A DNA stretch of 64,000 nucleotides, from positions 84,012,001 through 84,076,000 of the forward strand of contig NC_087436.1 of NCBI RefSeq assembly GCF_036321535.1, read 5' to 3'. The translations under genes and the position numbers were made by a program. Shown piece after piece: positions 37,414 to 50,162 of this stretch. Positions within the stretch are counted from its first letter, which is position 1; each line of letters begins with the position of its first letter. This DNA comes from Camelus dromedarius. Lineage: Eukaryota. The notes beneath the pieces are model-generated. The model was not told where the DNA came from. It searched no databases and saw only the letters and a list, made by a program, of their open reading frames with translations.

Positions 37414-37840
37414 TGGCCATCTGTGTTATGTTCTTTGGAGAAATGTCTATTCCAATTCTTTGCTCACTTTTTAATTATGATATTTGTCTTTTTTGTTGAG
37501 TTTTAAGAATTCTATATATATTCTAGACACAAGTCCCTTATCAAATATATGATTTGGAAATATTTTCTCTCTTTCTGTTTTCTCTTTTTGCTATATTGAT
37601 AGTGTCCTTTGTCAAAAAAAAAATAATGTCCTTTGACTAATGAAAGTTTTTAATTTTGATGAAATCCAACTTACCAATTTTTTTTCCTGTCATTTATGGG
37701 TTTTGGTGCACACATAACATACCATTGCCAAATCCAAGGTCATGAAGATCTGCACCTCTTTTCTTCTAAGACTTATCATTTTAGCTCTTACATTTAGGTT
37801 TTTGATACACTTTGAATTAGTATTTGTATATGGTGTGATT
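37414..37840 (-). mobile_element. Old L1 ORF2 fragment
   Basis: ttctttggagaaatgtctattc; ccattgccaaatccaaggtcatgaagat; tttgaattagtatttgtatatggtgtga. Confidence 0.75.
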
Positions 37841-39104
37841 TTGTTCTTTTGTTCACTTGGGATTTTTTGCACTAATTTTGATTTGCTAGAATATTACATT
37901 ATTATATTATTCATCCTGATTGCTGGGTTTTTTGACACTCCTTACTTGCCTTACCTTAATCCTGCCCCTGCAAGGGCCTTGCTTTATAAAACCTTCTAGT
38001 GAAGGTTTTCTGGAAGGTTCACCTACTGCATTGTGAATAGGAATCAGTTTAGAAATTTTTCATATAACTTTTCAGGAACCCAGTTAGTTTATAACAAAAA
38101 GGTACACCTCTCCTCTATGTTCTTTCTTGGTGTTTTAAAGCCTGTAGATGCAACCAAGAGCCTCCAATAACATAGGGTTGGGTCTGCAACTCCAAGGCTA
38201 CCATCGCTTCTCGCCCAGCTCCCAAACTCCCTCCCAGCCATTGGGATTTCTTCATTCTGAAGAGTACTTTGTTTAACCCTGAGTGAAAATTAAAGTTATA
38301 TAAAAACAAAACAATTTTTATGTCTCCCTATTTTACTTTATTTTCATCCCAGCCCCTGTTATTTATTCAAAGTGCTTTTTTTTAAAAAACAAACTGACAG
38401 AAATCGATACTGCAGGAAGTTGGAGCCCAAAACAAACAACTATATTTAAAAAAAAAAAAAAAAAAGAGCACCTAGGTCTAGCAAGGCCCTGGTACGCAGG
38501 ACTCTGCTGGACCATGTCAGAGTATACTCACCCAAACGGCCAGGATTTGGCCTCTAGCCCCTGATGCACATCCTGGGCCTCTGGCATTTTCCACCCTATA
38601 TCTCCCAGAACCCAAGCTGGTTTGAGATACCACAGGGGTAACCTTTAAAACTAGCCCCATGTTGGGTCCAGAACACACCATCTAGACACAGAATCAGCCT
38701 GAGAGGTCAAGCTGCCTGGGGTTGGGCAGTGAAGCCTTGACAAGCACCAAGCTGGCTATTCCTCCCAAGGCAGAGCATACTGTACCCCTAGAGGCCAGGA
38801 GTTCAGTCCCCTGCTATTGGTTGACCTGTCGGATTAGCAGCTGCAAGTCGAGGGTACTCTGTACTTACTCCAAATCAGCCACAGGTTTTGTGTATGGGTC
38901 TTGTCATGTATAAAACTGTTCACATGGTAAGGTCATAGGGTGTTCTTGCCCCTCCTGCTAATGCAGGAGACCAGCCCGAGAAATCATATATGTATGTGTA
39001 ACAGTCGCTTAGCTGTATACCTGAACCTAACGTTGTAAATCAGCTACACTTCAATAAAAAATTAAATAAAATAAAATAAAATTCATTTTATTTTTTAAAT
39101 TTAA

Positions 39105-39251
39105 ATTTTTTTTAATTTTATTTTTTGGGGGAGGTCATTAGGTCTATTTATTCATTTATTATTAGGTTTTTTTTTTGGAGGTACTGGGGATTGAATCCAG
39201 GACCTTTTGCATGGTAAACATGCATTCTATCATTTGAGCTATACCCTCCCC
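39105..39251 (-). mobile_element. tRNA-derived SINE (camelid Vic-type)
   Basis: Reverse complement of ggggagggtatagctcaa...ggattcaatccccagtacctcc. Confidence 0.85.
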
Positions 39252-39828
39252 TGCAAATTTATTTTCTATTATGAAAAAAATGCAAAAAAAAAAAGACATG
39301 AAAAGGGTAAATAACTTTTTTTCATAAAGGTTCTGATGATTTCAGTTTAATCAATCAGCATTTTGAGTAGAAGTTCTAGAAACTAGCAAAATTAATCCAC
39401 TTTACTAATACGGGTAACCCTGCAAAGTCAACATCTATATTCCAAAGATGTTAAGTTTTATACTTCATCACCTTCTTAAGGTGTAAGAAAAAAAGTTAAT
39501 TTATCACAAGTAAATAAAGACTGCATGTATCATATGCTCTGAGTTTATATGAAATAATTAAAATGGATTTGCATTAATGATCTGTATAGCCATTTCATGT
39601 GCCCTCTTCTTAGTTCAGGTCAGAAGTACAGAGTCCAGAAAACAAAGAAAAGATAAATTCATATAACAAGAAACATGCTCTCATCTAATCAACAGAACAT
39701 AGAAAAAATAGACCTAACACTTCAATTAAATTTACAGAAAATCCTAATTACTATTCTCCTCAAGGGACCGAGTATTCCAAGGACCCTAGCTGACTTCTTA
39801 TCTCCCCCTAACACCTGTCAAAAACAGC

Positions 39829-40002
39829 GGAGGAGGATATAGGTCAGTGGTAGAGTGTGTGCTTAGGATGCATGAGGTCCTGGGTTCAATCCCCAGTATC
39901 TCCTCCAAATATAAATAAATAAATAAACCAAATTACCTCCCCCTCATAAAACAAAACAAAACAAAAAAAGCCTAATTACCCCCCTCACCCCCCACAAAAA
40001 AA
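39829..40002 (+). mobile_element. tRNA-derived SINE (camelid Vic-type) with duplicated tail motif
   Basis: tataggtcagtggtagag...gggttcaatccccagt; the aattacc(t)cccc motif occurs twice. Confidence 0.85.
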
Positions 40003-41124
40003 CCAGATCAGACCAAATAACATATACTGACTGTTGTAGTCACCAATCCATCCCCAAGCCAAATATACCAAGTACTTTTTGCTGAAATGATTAAGAATCT
40101 TTTCTGTACTAAGTTCTACCCTACCCCTCATGGTCAGTTTAAGTCTCTCCCATCTTTTCCTCTAGGCTCTGATATCCCACGTGAGAGATCTCTTCCTCCA
40201 ACAGTGCTTATGATACTGGCATTTTGAATATGCTACATTACAATATTTATCACTCCTGTTTTGCAAAAATCATGAAGAGAAAATGTCATCAAGCATAAAA
40301 AAGACATTTTTATACCCACTTTTCCAACGCAGTGCCAGAAGACCCAATGACTTTTGTTCTTAACAGCAAAAGCCTATGCAGCACCTCCAGCCAGAATGAG
40401 AATAATACACCAGCTGTTACAAGCTTAGTTACAGAAAAGAGGGACTGAACTGGCTAGGAATAATGACCTCTCCCTCTAACTCTACTTCTGGGGCTCTCCC
40501 CGCCCCACTTTGTTGTTCAGTTTTTCCTGTCTCTCAAGGCCCATTACCTCTCAAATAAGGGGACAGTCACTACTCTGGACTACATACTTCTTTACAATCA
40601 CTCATGTAAAACTAGATTCTAAAATTATATCCTTGCTATGATTTTAACAACACTAAAAACATGCATATGTGAAAAGAAAGAGTACAATGAACCTAGAAAA
40701 ACTAAAATAGCTGGTATGTTTGGGTGATTCTCTCATTATTTCTTATATTGTTGTGATAATGCAACAAATAATCAAGAGAAAAGTACTTTACATACTTTTC
40801 TTTTTATGACTCCTTACACTGTGAAAGAAAAAACTGGGGATTTCTGAAACAATATAACTATTTCTGGCTTGCTTCTCTTAGTAGTTCATCATATTTCTGC
40901 GTTCTCTGTTCCCAGCTATTAAATACCTACTATCTGAATAAGGATTAGGGTTTTGCATTACTTGCAAAAATGTATCTCTCCATTAGATAGAATAAATTAG
41001 TTGTTGATTGACGATGTTGGAAGTACACTGCTAAAAACATCTACTAATTTTTTTTTCTTTTTTTAAATTTCAAATCAATACCCTTATTTCACTTTTGTTA
41101 CTTTATCAGAATTACTTGTCTTAC

Positions 41125-41258
41125 CAGTTCTTCAACTTCTCCAACGAGCATGTTGAGCTGCAGCTTCTAAGTCTATAGGTGGAGCAACTTCCACAATTCT
41201 TTGAACAGATATCTGTTCATCCAAAGAATCCAGCTGTTGTCTGACATCAAAATGGGAA
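41125..41258 (-). pseudogene. POLR2B: POLR2B pseudo-exon 3
   Basis: AG/GT bounded, 134 nt; SHFD[EKGL deleted][10 protein letters not shown][FI deleted][24 protein letters not shown], 1-nt insertion, GEVEEL. Confidence 0.93.
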
Positions 41259-41639
41259 CTGAGAAAATACCTGAGTTCATAATCAGTTACAACTCAGTGA
41301 TTTTGCTAGCACACTTCCCCATTTTCATTATCATGAAAGTCAACAAACACTAATCATTACAAGCGAAACACTCTATACCCATCACTACATAAAATACTAT
41401 AAGGTATCCAAAAAAGGGATGAGACTAAGAATACTTTCTTTGTAGAACTTTTTGTTAAGTTTGAGGAAATGAGACTTATTGGTAAAATATTTAAAGCAGA
41501 ACTTAAGAACTATAAGAAAGTTCTAATTTACAAATGTCCATTCAAATTTCAATGATCAATTTCATCCAAACTCTTTGAAACATTTCTCTAAAAACAATGT
41601 CAGGAGAGAAAACTAAAGAAAATGCATAGTCAAATACAA

Positions 41640-42010
41640 AAGTAAGTACAACATGGGTGGACCTTTAGGTTAGTATGCTGAGTAAAATAAGTCAGATGGA
41701 GAAAAATAAATAACACATGATTTCACTCATATGTGGAATCTTAAAAAAGCCAGAAAGCCCAAACCAACCAATGAACAGAAGAACAGAAAAATAAACCCAC
41801 AGATATAAAAAATAGATTAGTGGTGACCAGAGGAGAAGGGGGTTGAGAAGTAGGCCAAACGAGTGAAGGTGGCCAATTGTATGGTGATGGATAGTAACTA
41901 GACTGTGGTGGTGATCACTCTGTTGTATATGCAGATATTAAACTGTATATGATGCTGTATTCCTGAAACATATCATTTTAAAAAGGGATTTTAAAAAAAA
42001 ATAAAAATAA
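41640..42010 (+). mobile_element. L1 3' end
   Basis: caacatgggtggacctt...atgatttcactcatatgtggaatctt; A-rich tail. Confidence 0.75.
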
Positions 42011-44594
42011 GAACTCTAACTCGAATGAGAGGGAGGATGATGACATCAATGACTAAAATAAGGAATGTATAAGAATTTCAATTTTAGGTTAAAATTATTC
42101 TATTCTGAGTATGTTAAAGGTAAGATGTGAATAAGTCATTCAAGTGAAAGTATTCAGCAAATGACTGATGACAACAAATGGAGCAAGGGTGAGCGATCAG
42201 AGCTAGTAGCGTGGATAAAGAAATCACATAGTGAAGCCCTAAGGAAGGATGGAGAATCTAAAAGAGTGTAGATGCATTGTTTATAAGGAATAGACACTTG
42301 TTCATGTGAGGGATGGGTAAGGAAATATATAATAAAGATACAAGTAGATATAAGTGCAAAAGGCATCTCTCCCCACACCATCACCCAGGAACAGCTGCAT
42401 GGCTGGACTTGGTTTTTACTCTTATCTCCCTAGTAACTGACTCCCCCAACCTCACATCAATTTTCTGAGACAACGTGCATAGCCCAAATAATCATCAGCC
42501 TCCCAATTTGGCATCATCAGATCACCTCATAGGTTACTGGCCTGTCTATAGAGTGGCTAGCTTTGGGTCAAGGTCCACCCTGATTCAATCAACCATGGCC
42601 ACCAATATTAGAAATTAGGTCCTATGGTGGAGAATACAAAACACAATCATCCCTGGAAAAGGTACAGCCTCAAGAATGATGGGGGCAATTTCCTTCAGTA
42701 GAGACTGTGAGCTAACAAGAAAGAAATTTCTCAAACCATTTAAGTCACCCACTGATATGTAAGAAGAATATGGAAGGCACTGTCTGTAAGATAAATAGCA
42801 ATGGTTTTTATGGACCATTTATAATGAAAAATCTTTACAAAACTATGGACAAGTTTCATTCTCCCAGGAAGATGAACCATAGCTACTTGCCCTAAAATCA
42901 GTAGAAAGGTAGTACTTCATTAGAATGCTATCCTTTAAACAACTGACTATATGAATAGCTCATATTTATAGTATCTTCTATTGTGCCTGTTGTACAAGAA
43001 GTCATTTTACTGAAGTCACTGGTGATATTAAATGGTATCACATTCATATTGTTTGGGAAAGATCACTTGATGTTAATAGTGAAAAAACAAAATGTCACAT
43101 CACAATAGCCAAAGCAACTATAGTCAATTAAAGTATAAACATCTAATCATTTATTCTGTAACAAATATTAAGTGCAATGATTGTTCAAATAGAGTATTCT
43201 ATCCTCAAGCAACCTGTGACATATGTTGAAAATAATTCTCTTTTGGCACAGATCAAATATTCTCTCTCCCTGAATATCACAGAATATAGGGATACCCCAC
43301 AGAACATCTACTTGGCTATTGTTTCCTAATAAAACTCCTCTTGGTGTTTAATACTGAAACACCATAGAAGATAAAAATGTGTTTAATAGGGAAAATAGAT
43401 AGGTACTCACATCCCCAAAACTCAACACTTTAACAAAACAGTGTTCAAGAAAGATTCACTTATACTCCAAGTACAATTGGTAGAGAATCTCAGAAGCATG
43501 TGTTGTTTGAAAAGGGAGAGAGGGTCATCCAAGAGAATGTGCATCCTGGAGATGGTGGGGCTCAAGGCATCATGTTAATATAAACAAAGCAACTGTCAGT
43601 TTCGTAAGAGGGGAAGTTATAGCATTTTATTCCTAACATAGTGGGATGTTAACTTTATTACTCAAAAGTTACTTTTCTTACCTATATGTAAAGCTTCTTA
43701 TCGAGTTTTATTACAGTTTAATTAACTTCAAATTGGATGGGAATTTGGGTTGAAATACTATAACTTATTGTAACTTAACCTATTGAAAATCATGAGAAGA
43801 CTAAGGAATCAAATTAACAGCACCATTAATGCAACAAATAACCATCATGTGCTTCCTGATAAAATGCACTGAGAGCAGAAAATTTACTGTTGCCAAAAGC
43901 AATCATTTGAATCTAATTATGAGGAAACATCAGACTAACCCAAACTGAGAAGCATTCTAAAAAAGTAACTGGCCTGTATTATTCAAAAACATCAAAGTAA
44001 AAAAAAACCAAAAAAAAGAAAAAAAAACAGAAAAAGACTGAGAAACTGTTGTAGACTATAACTATGTAGATTATAAGAGATAAAAAAATGACATGAAAAC
44101 TAAATGCAATATGTGATCTCATGGTGGATCCAGGAACAAAGAAATTTTTTTAAATTTTGCTATAAAAAATATCAGTAGGACAATCGGAAGAATTTGGATA
44201 AGGTCTTCAAATTAAATAAGATCATTGCATTAATATTAATTTCCTGATTTTGATGACTTAATGATTACATAAAAGAATGTTCTTCTATAAGCAACTTACC
44301 CTCAAATGTTTCAGAAAAAAAATATGTAGAGAACGAAAAAGACAAAACATAGTATAAAGTTAACATTCAGGGAATCTAAGTGAAATGTATACATGAACTC
44401 TTTGTGTAACTTTTCCATAGGTCCAAAATACTTCAAATGTTAAAGTTAAATATTTAAATAATTAAGTGAGAAACCAGCTCTCATAGTAGCATACTTATAT
44501 AGAACTTCTAATTTTCAAGAACAGAATAAGCAGGAAATCCTTGTACATGTTGCAGTGACTTTTAAAGCTTATTCAGTTTGGTCTAAAAAGCTAC

Positions 44595-44669
44595 CTGACT
44601 ACAATCCAACATGCCTCTTGCCACAAATCTTGGGGATTTCATCATCATCATCCTCATCATACTGCGTAT
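44595..44669 (-). pseudogene. POLR2B: POLR2B pseudo-exon 2
   Basis: ag|ATACGCAGTATGATGAGGAT...GATTTGTGGCAAGAGGCATGTTGGATTGTAGTCAG|gt = DTQYDEDDDDEI, frameshift, [11 protein letters not shown]. Internal Met is ACG, one extra GAT codon, a 1-nt deletion; the shifted frame hits TAG. Confidence 0.93.
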
Positions 44670-45139
44670 CTGTAAAAACCACAAGTATTATTCTCACTTG
44701 CAGTAAAATGCTACTAGTTAACATCTTGTTTCTATGATAGGAAATACCAGAAACAAACTGGCATCTGCTAAATAAAACACAAACATTTTACTCCACTTCT
44801 CTAAAATTTCAATTACATTAACTGAATTGTAATGCAATAATATACATAGGTCTATGTCTACATCATATAGGTATTCTCTTAATACACAAAGGGGCCTCAT
44901 GCCAAGTTCAGTTTAAGTTGTGTGAATTTTAAATATTCCATCTTCTCTAGAATGCTCATTAATAGCTAACTATAATGATAACTAGTAGCAAGCTCATAGT
45001 CCTCTGATCAACAGGTTCCTCAGGGACTAGAGTCAGAGATTAGAGTAAGAGGGAAGAGTCACCAAAGTATTCCAATTGCTGGGCAATACATTAAGGAGGG
45101 GTGTCTATTACAGGCAACTTTTCATACATGGACAGAGAT

Positions 45140-45745
45140 GACAGTCTGTATTTTCCAAAGATGGCCAGAACCATCTCTTCCAGTTCACATGCTTCCTTAT
45201 AAGAAAAGTGATCTTGACACTCCTGCTACCAAGATATAGGAGTCTGTTTCCTCCCCTTAAGTCTGGGTGGGTTTTTTCTCGCTTCTGTAATTAAGTGAAT
45301 ACAGCTGAAGCAACACTTCATGACTTTAGAAGCTAGGCCAGGAAATTTAATGCAGTTAGTTCCCCCTTGTTTGCTAAAACACTTACTTCTGGAGCCCTGA
45401 GCTACCATTAGGAAGTTCTACTACTGTGAAGGCTACTACTTAGGTGAGGAAGCCCAAACCATACGGAGAGACTGTTTATAGCTGCTCCAGTCAGCAATCC
45501 TAGTACTTGAGTCCATCCAGGTCAGGTGCCAGACATGTTAGTAAACACTCCAGATCACCTAGCCCCCAGCTGGCAACACCCAGCCTTTGAGTCTTCCCAG
45601 TTCAACCACTGACATCAGGCAGCAGACCAGCCATTCCTACTATGCTGTCCAAATTCCTGACCCACTGAATCCATGAATATATTACATTAACTTTTAAGCA
45701 GCCACATTTTGAGGTAGTTACGCAGCAATAGTATCTTAAATAACA
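45140..45745 (+). mobile_element. MLT1-type (MaLR) LTR relic
   Basis: ctgtattttccaaagatggcca ... gcagcaatag; similar to 810-1432. Confidence 0.7.
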
Positions 45746-45816
45746 GGTCATTTGAAAAATCAGTTTCCACTGGTCTTAAAATTAGTCTCATCTTCTTATA
45801 GAAAAGATTAAGTGTG

Positions 45817-45962
45817 GGGGGTTGGATATTAGCTGCGTGGTAGAGTTCTTAGCATGCATGGCATCCTGGGTTCAATTCCCAGTACCTCCACTAAGAAACA
45901 AATAAATAAGTAAGCCTAAGCACCGCCCCCAAGAAAAATTTAAAAGTAATTTATTTAAAAAT
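45817..45962 (+). mobile_element. tRNA-derived SINE (camelid Vic-type) in POLR2B pseudo-intron 1
   Basis: gggttcaattcccagtacctcc; TSD ATTAAGTGTG at 45807-45816 and 45963-45972. Confidence 0.85.
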
Positions 45963-47343
45963 ATTAAGTGTGCTGCATTTTTGTCTTTCTATTCTGACCT
46001 ATATAGTCTATAAAATGTAAGATTTTGATTCAAAATTTTATATCCAAAATAAATTATTCAATAAATACTTCTTGAATGGACTGAAATTACCAATCCCTAC
46101 ACACGAGGGGAGGGGTAAGAAAGACAAAGGTATCTAAAATAGCTCAGTGATTTCTAACTCTGATGACAGACTAGAGGTTAATAACACAGCCACACAGCAG
46201 AAGGTGGGAAAAGGAGAGGAAATGATGAAGTCAGCTTTCAATAAACCTGTAGATTATTTATCCCTTTAAATACTTGCAAATGGATACAAACATGAAGGTC
46301 AAATAAGGAGTCTAAATTACCAAGAGTTCAGAATTATTAAGTAGTTGGTACAATAAGGAGAGTTAACATAAAGAATGAAGACTGAAGACAGGATATTAGG
46401 GAAAACCACTGTTAGTCATGTGCAGGAAAATGAATCTGCGGAGGCTCATTTATTCATTCATCCACTTATCAAATATTTATAGAATGTGATCATTTACTAT
46501 GTCCCAGGCATTGGAGATGTTACCTTCAACAAGATTAAAAATGGCTGTATCCTCAGGTAGATTATCACCTACTGAGGAGATATGGACAAGATGAAGCCAA
46601 TTAAAGGAAGAATAAAGTGAATGGACACTTCTAACCAGGACCTAAGGAGGTTGGGAAGACTTCCCAAAAGCTGAGTTATGCAGAGTAAGCCAGGCAAAAG
46701 GAGGGAGTGAGTGTGGGAGGGGGAGAGAAAGTATTCCAAACAGAAAACACAAATAGTGCAAAACGCTCCACAATGAAAGATATACAAGGAACAAAAGAAA
46801 ACCAGTCTAGCCAAAGCACAGAGTGTGAAGTTGGAGTGGTAAAAGATTGGGCTTTACCAATAGAGCTTCGAGCAACCATTCTAAGGTTTTAGCAGAATGG
46901 TCAGATTTTCATTTCTGAAAGATCACTATTGCCCCAGTGTGGAGAGGGGATCAGAAAGACAAGGAAACTGAAAGCACACAAACCAGTTAAGAGTCTGAGG
47001 ACGTAATCCAGGCAAGAGATGGTGAACCAGAATTGCGGCAGAGGGGATGGAGAAGTGAATAGATTTTATATTTATGAGACAGAACCCTCAGTGCTTGCTG
47101 AGTCATTAGGCATAGGGCAAGAAAAGAGGAATCAAGAATGATGCCCAAGCTTCTGGCTTCAATAAAAGAGGGTGATACCATTCACCAAGATGGAGAACAC
47201 AGGAGGAAGCAGCTTTGGAAGGGGCAGTGAGTTAAGGAAAATAGTCAACTGTTTGGGCAGTACAATGCTGAGGCACCCAGGAAGACATCTAAGTGAAGTT
47301 ATCTAGTGGCATTTAGCTATGCAAGACGTCTAGATTGGAAATA

Positions 47344-48184
47344 AAGCTGTCCCTCGGTATTCATATGGAACTGGTGCGAGGATGCCCAATGGATACCCAA
47401 ATTGGAGGTCGCTCAAACTCTTACGTAATATAGCATAGTATTTCCATATAACCAACATACATTCTCCCTTATATATTTTTTTTAATTTAAAAAAATTCTT
47501 TTCTCCCTTATAGTTTAAGTCATTTCTAGATCACTTACGATAACTAATGCAATGTAAATGCTACATCAGTAGTCATAAATACAACGTAAATGCTTTCGTA
47601 CAGGCATACCTCGGAGATACAGGTTTAGTTCCAGACCACCCTGAGTTACGTGAATTTTTTGGTTTCCCAGAGCACATAAAAGTTATATTTCCACTACACT
47701 ATAGTCTATTGAGTGTGCACTACACTGTATCTTAAAAAATGTACATACCTTAATTTAAAAATACTTTATTGCTAAAAAATGCTAACCATCATCTGAGCCT
47801 TCAGTGACTCACAGTAAAATCAAAGATCACTGATCACAGATCACCATAACAAATAATGAAAAAAGTTTGAAATACTGTGAGAATTACCAAAATGTGAGAG
47901 AGACATGAAGTAAACAAATGTTGTTAATAAAATGACATCAGTAGACCTGCTCAACACAGAATTGCCATAAATCTAAACTTGTAAAAAAAAAAAAAAAAAG
48001 GCAATACTGTGAAGTACAAAAAAGGGGAGCAAAAAAAAAAAAAAAAAAGGCATGAACAGTTGTCAGCACAAGGCACATTCAAGTTGACCTTTCTGGAACT
48101 TTCTGGAACTTTTTTCCAAATATTTTCCACCCAAGATTAGTTGAATCTCCACATGCAAAGCCCACAGATACAGAGGGCCAACTG
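47344..48184 (+). mobile_element. MER2-like Tc1/mariner element containing a nested Tigger1-derived insert
   Basis: Ends (a)AGCTGTCCCTCGGTAT ... ATACAGAGGGCCAACTG flanked by TA. Nested element starts ta|CAGGCATACCTCGGAGATA at 47601 and runs to about 48055. Confidence 0.75.
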
Positions 48185-50143
48185 TACTCAGAAGTCATCC
48201 ACATACAGACTGTAACTGAAGCCATGGAGAATGGATGAAATCAACCCGAGTTAATGTAAACAGCAGAAAAGAATGATAAAGTCAAAAAGATAAAAAGAAT
48301 CAAATGAGACTGATGTGGCAGATGGAACCTGTGAGTTTCCCCGAGGAAGTCATCAACAATGTTGCCTACTACAGGGTTTAGAGAAGGTTTAAAAAAGGTC
48401 CATCTGATTTATCAATCGAGAAGTCTCTGATTTCCTAAAATATTGGGGGGGGGGGAACAAAGCATTCAACTTATTTTCTTGAGGAAAAGAGAAATCTATT
48501 TCACAGAGAAAGAATCCAGCTGAAAAGGAGTGTTTAAAAACGAATGAGAGGCTATCTAATAATGATATCAAAGGACACAAGCAGGAGTAGAATGGAGACT
48601 CAATGCTGGAGCAGACTTGATAAATGAGGTAACATTAACTCCTTTCCCACTGGATTATTATATAGTTAATGATAATATCAATTAGCCCAATCACTATGGT
48701 GGTCAATTGGCACCATCGAGCAAAATATTAATATTTTCTGTAACATTTGCATATCATTTGACCTGACAATTTTATACCTAGAAACTTATCCTACAGATAT
48801 ACTTGTATTAGACAAAATAACATGTACAAAATTACTCACTACAGCATTGTTTGAATCAGAAAAAGACTGGAAGTAACCCAAATATCAACCAAGAAGATAC
48901 ACTCTAAGTTATGGTATATCCACACAAACTAGCAGCTGTGAAAAAAAATTTACATGCTCTCCATATACTGATATGAAAATCTCCTGGATAGATACAAATA
49001 TGTAACGCAAAAAATAAAAGTGCAACAAAGTATAAATGTTACTTTTTGTCTGTAAAAAGAGGGAAAACAGAATGCTATTTATACTTGCTTGAAAATGCTT
49101 AAAGCACCTGGAAAGATAAGAATCTAAGAACAGTGGTTACCTACTGTGGAGAGGGCTCACACAGGACAGACGGTGGACAAGAATAAGACCTTACACTTAA
49201 CATTTTTACATTTTCTAGCTTGTGAGCCATGAGAACCTATTACCTTCTCAGAAACATGAAGCTAAAATTTTTTCAACTTTCTTTCCGAGATAGGAGTTAA
49301 GAAAAAGAGAATGTAATGATGCCAGAACATTTCCAGACTCAAGATTAAAATGGGACGGAATTTTACGCAGTGGAGTTTAAGCTTTTGCTTCTATTATCTC
49401 CATGAAACAGCTGAGGGAATAAGAAGAAATGTGAGGGGTGGCCACGAGATTGGGAGCTAGAAGAAAACGAAGTCTGAAATAGCTGCGAAGAATGGAAGAG
49501 GGAGCATTAAAACATATAAAGAAAATACACTATACATGACTAGGATTCTGTATGTAAAAAGAAAAACAAGATACACTGGCTCTGTTCAGTAAAATACATA
49601 CTATCTGAGAACTGTGTCACCTTGTGTAAAGAGGAAATGTAAAGGTCATCTTTTAAAACAATTTACTTAGGAATGCCAAACTAGACCAACCCTCTCCCCC
49701 GCCTCAACAACTTTATATTATTTGTCCCTGGTTTATTTCCAGAGCCTAGCACAATGCCTTGTACAGGCTGACGCTCAAAAATTCAACAAATCCACTAATT
49801 CTGGTTTAAAGGAAAATCGAGGAGTCCTTTGTTTCAGACAAAGTCAAAACAACACAATTTGTCGTACGGTTCTGCACTCTATTTCAGTACGCGGAGTGTC
49901 ACATTTATCCAGCAGCGAACAGTGGAATAGAGTCACCGTGACGAGAAACATAAATGCTACGATCCCTGTACCCTCCACCCCTCAAAATCCTAGCTTCGTT
50001 CCCGGTCTGGAGGATGGGGGACACACGACTGCGGACACTTGTGCGACGGGCTCGGGGAAAGGCCGCAAATCCTCAATTCGTCCAGCTCCTCACGTCTCCC
50101 TCCTTAGATGGGTCGCTGCGGAGAGTTCTGAGTGGTCACCTAC

Positions 50144-50162
50144 CCTCGTCCGCGTCATACAG
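50144..50162 (-). pseudogene. POLR2B: POLR2B pseudo-exon 1, coding part (start codon ATG>CTG)
   Basis: Minus strand reads CTG TAT GAC GCG GAC GAG G|gtaggt = (M)YDADE, 19 nt. Confidence 0.88.

Larger units (their letters stand above)
41125..50162 (-). pseudogene. POLR2B: Truncated unprocessed POLR2B (RPB2) pseudogene, exons 1-3 only
   Basis: Three AG/GT-bounded blocks match the recalled RPB2 N-terminus [81 protein letters not shown]. It lies head-to-head with NOA1, as in human. I did not find exon 4 or later exons. Confidence 0.93.
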
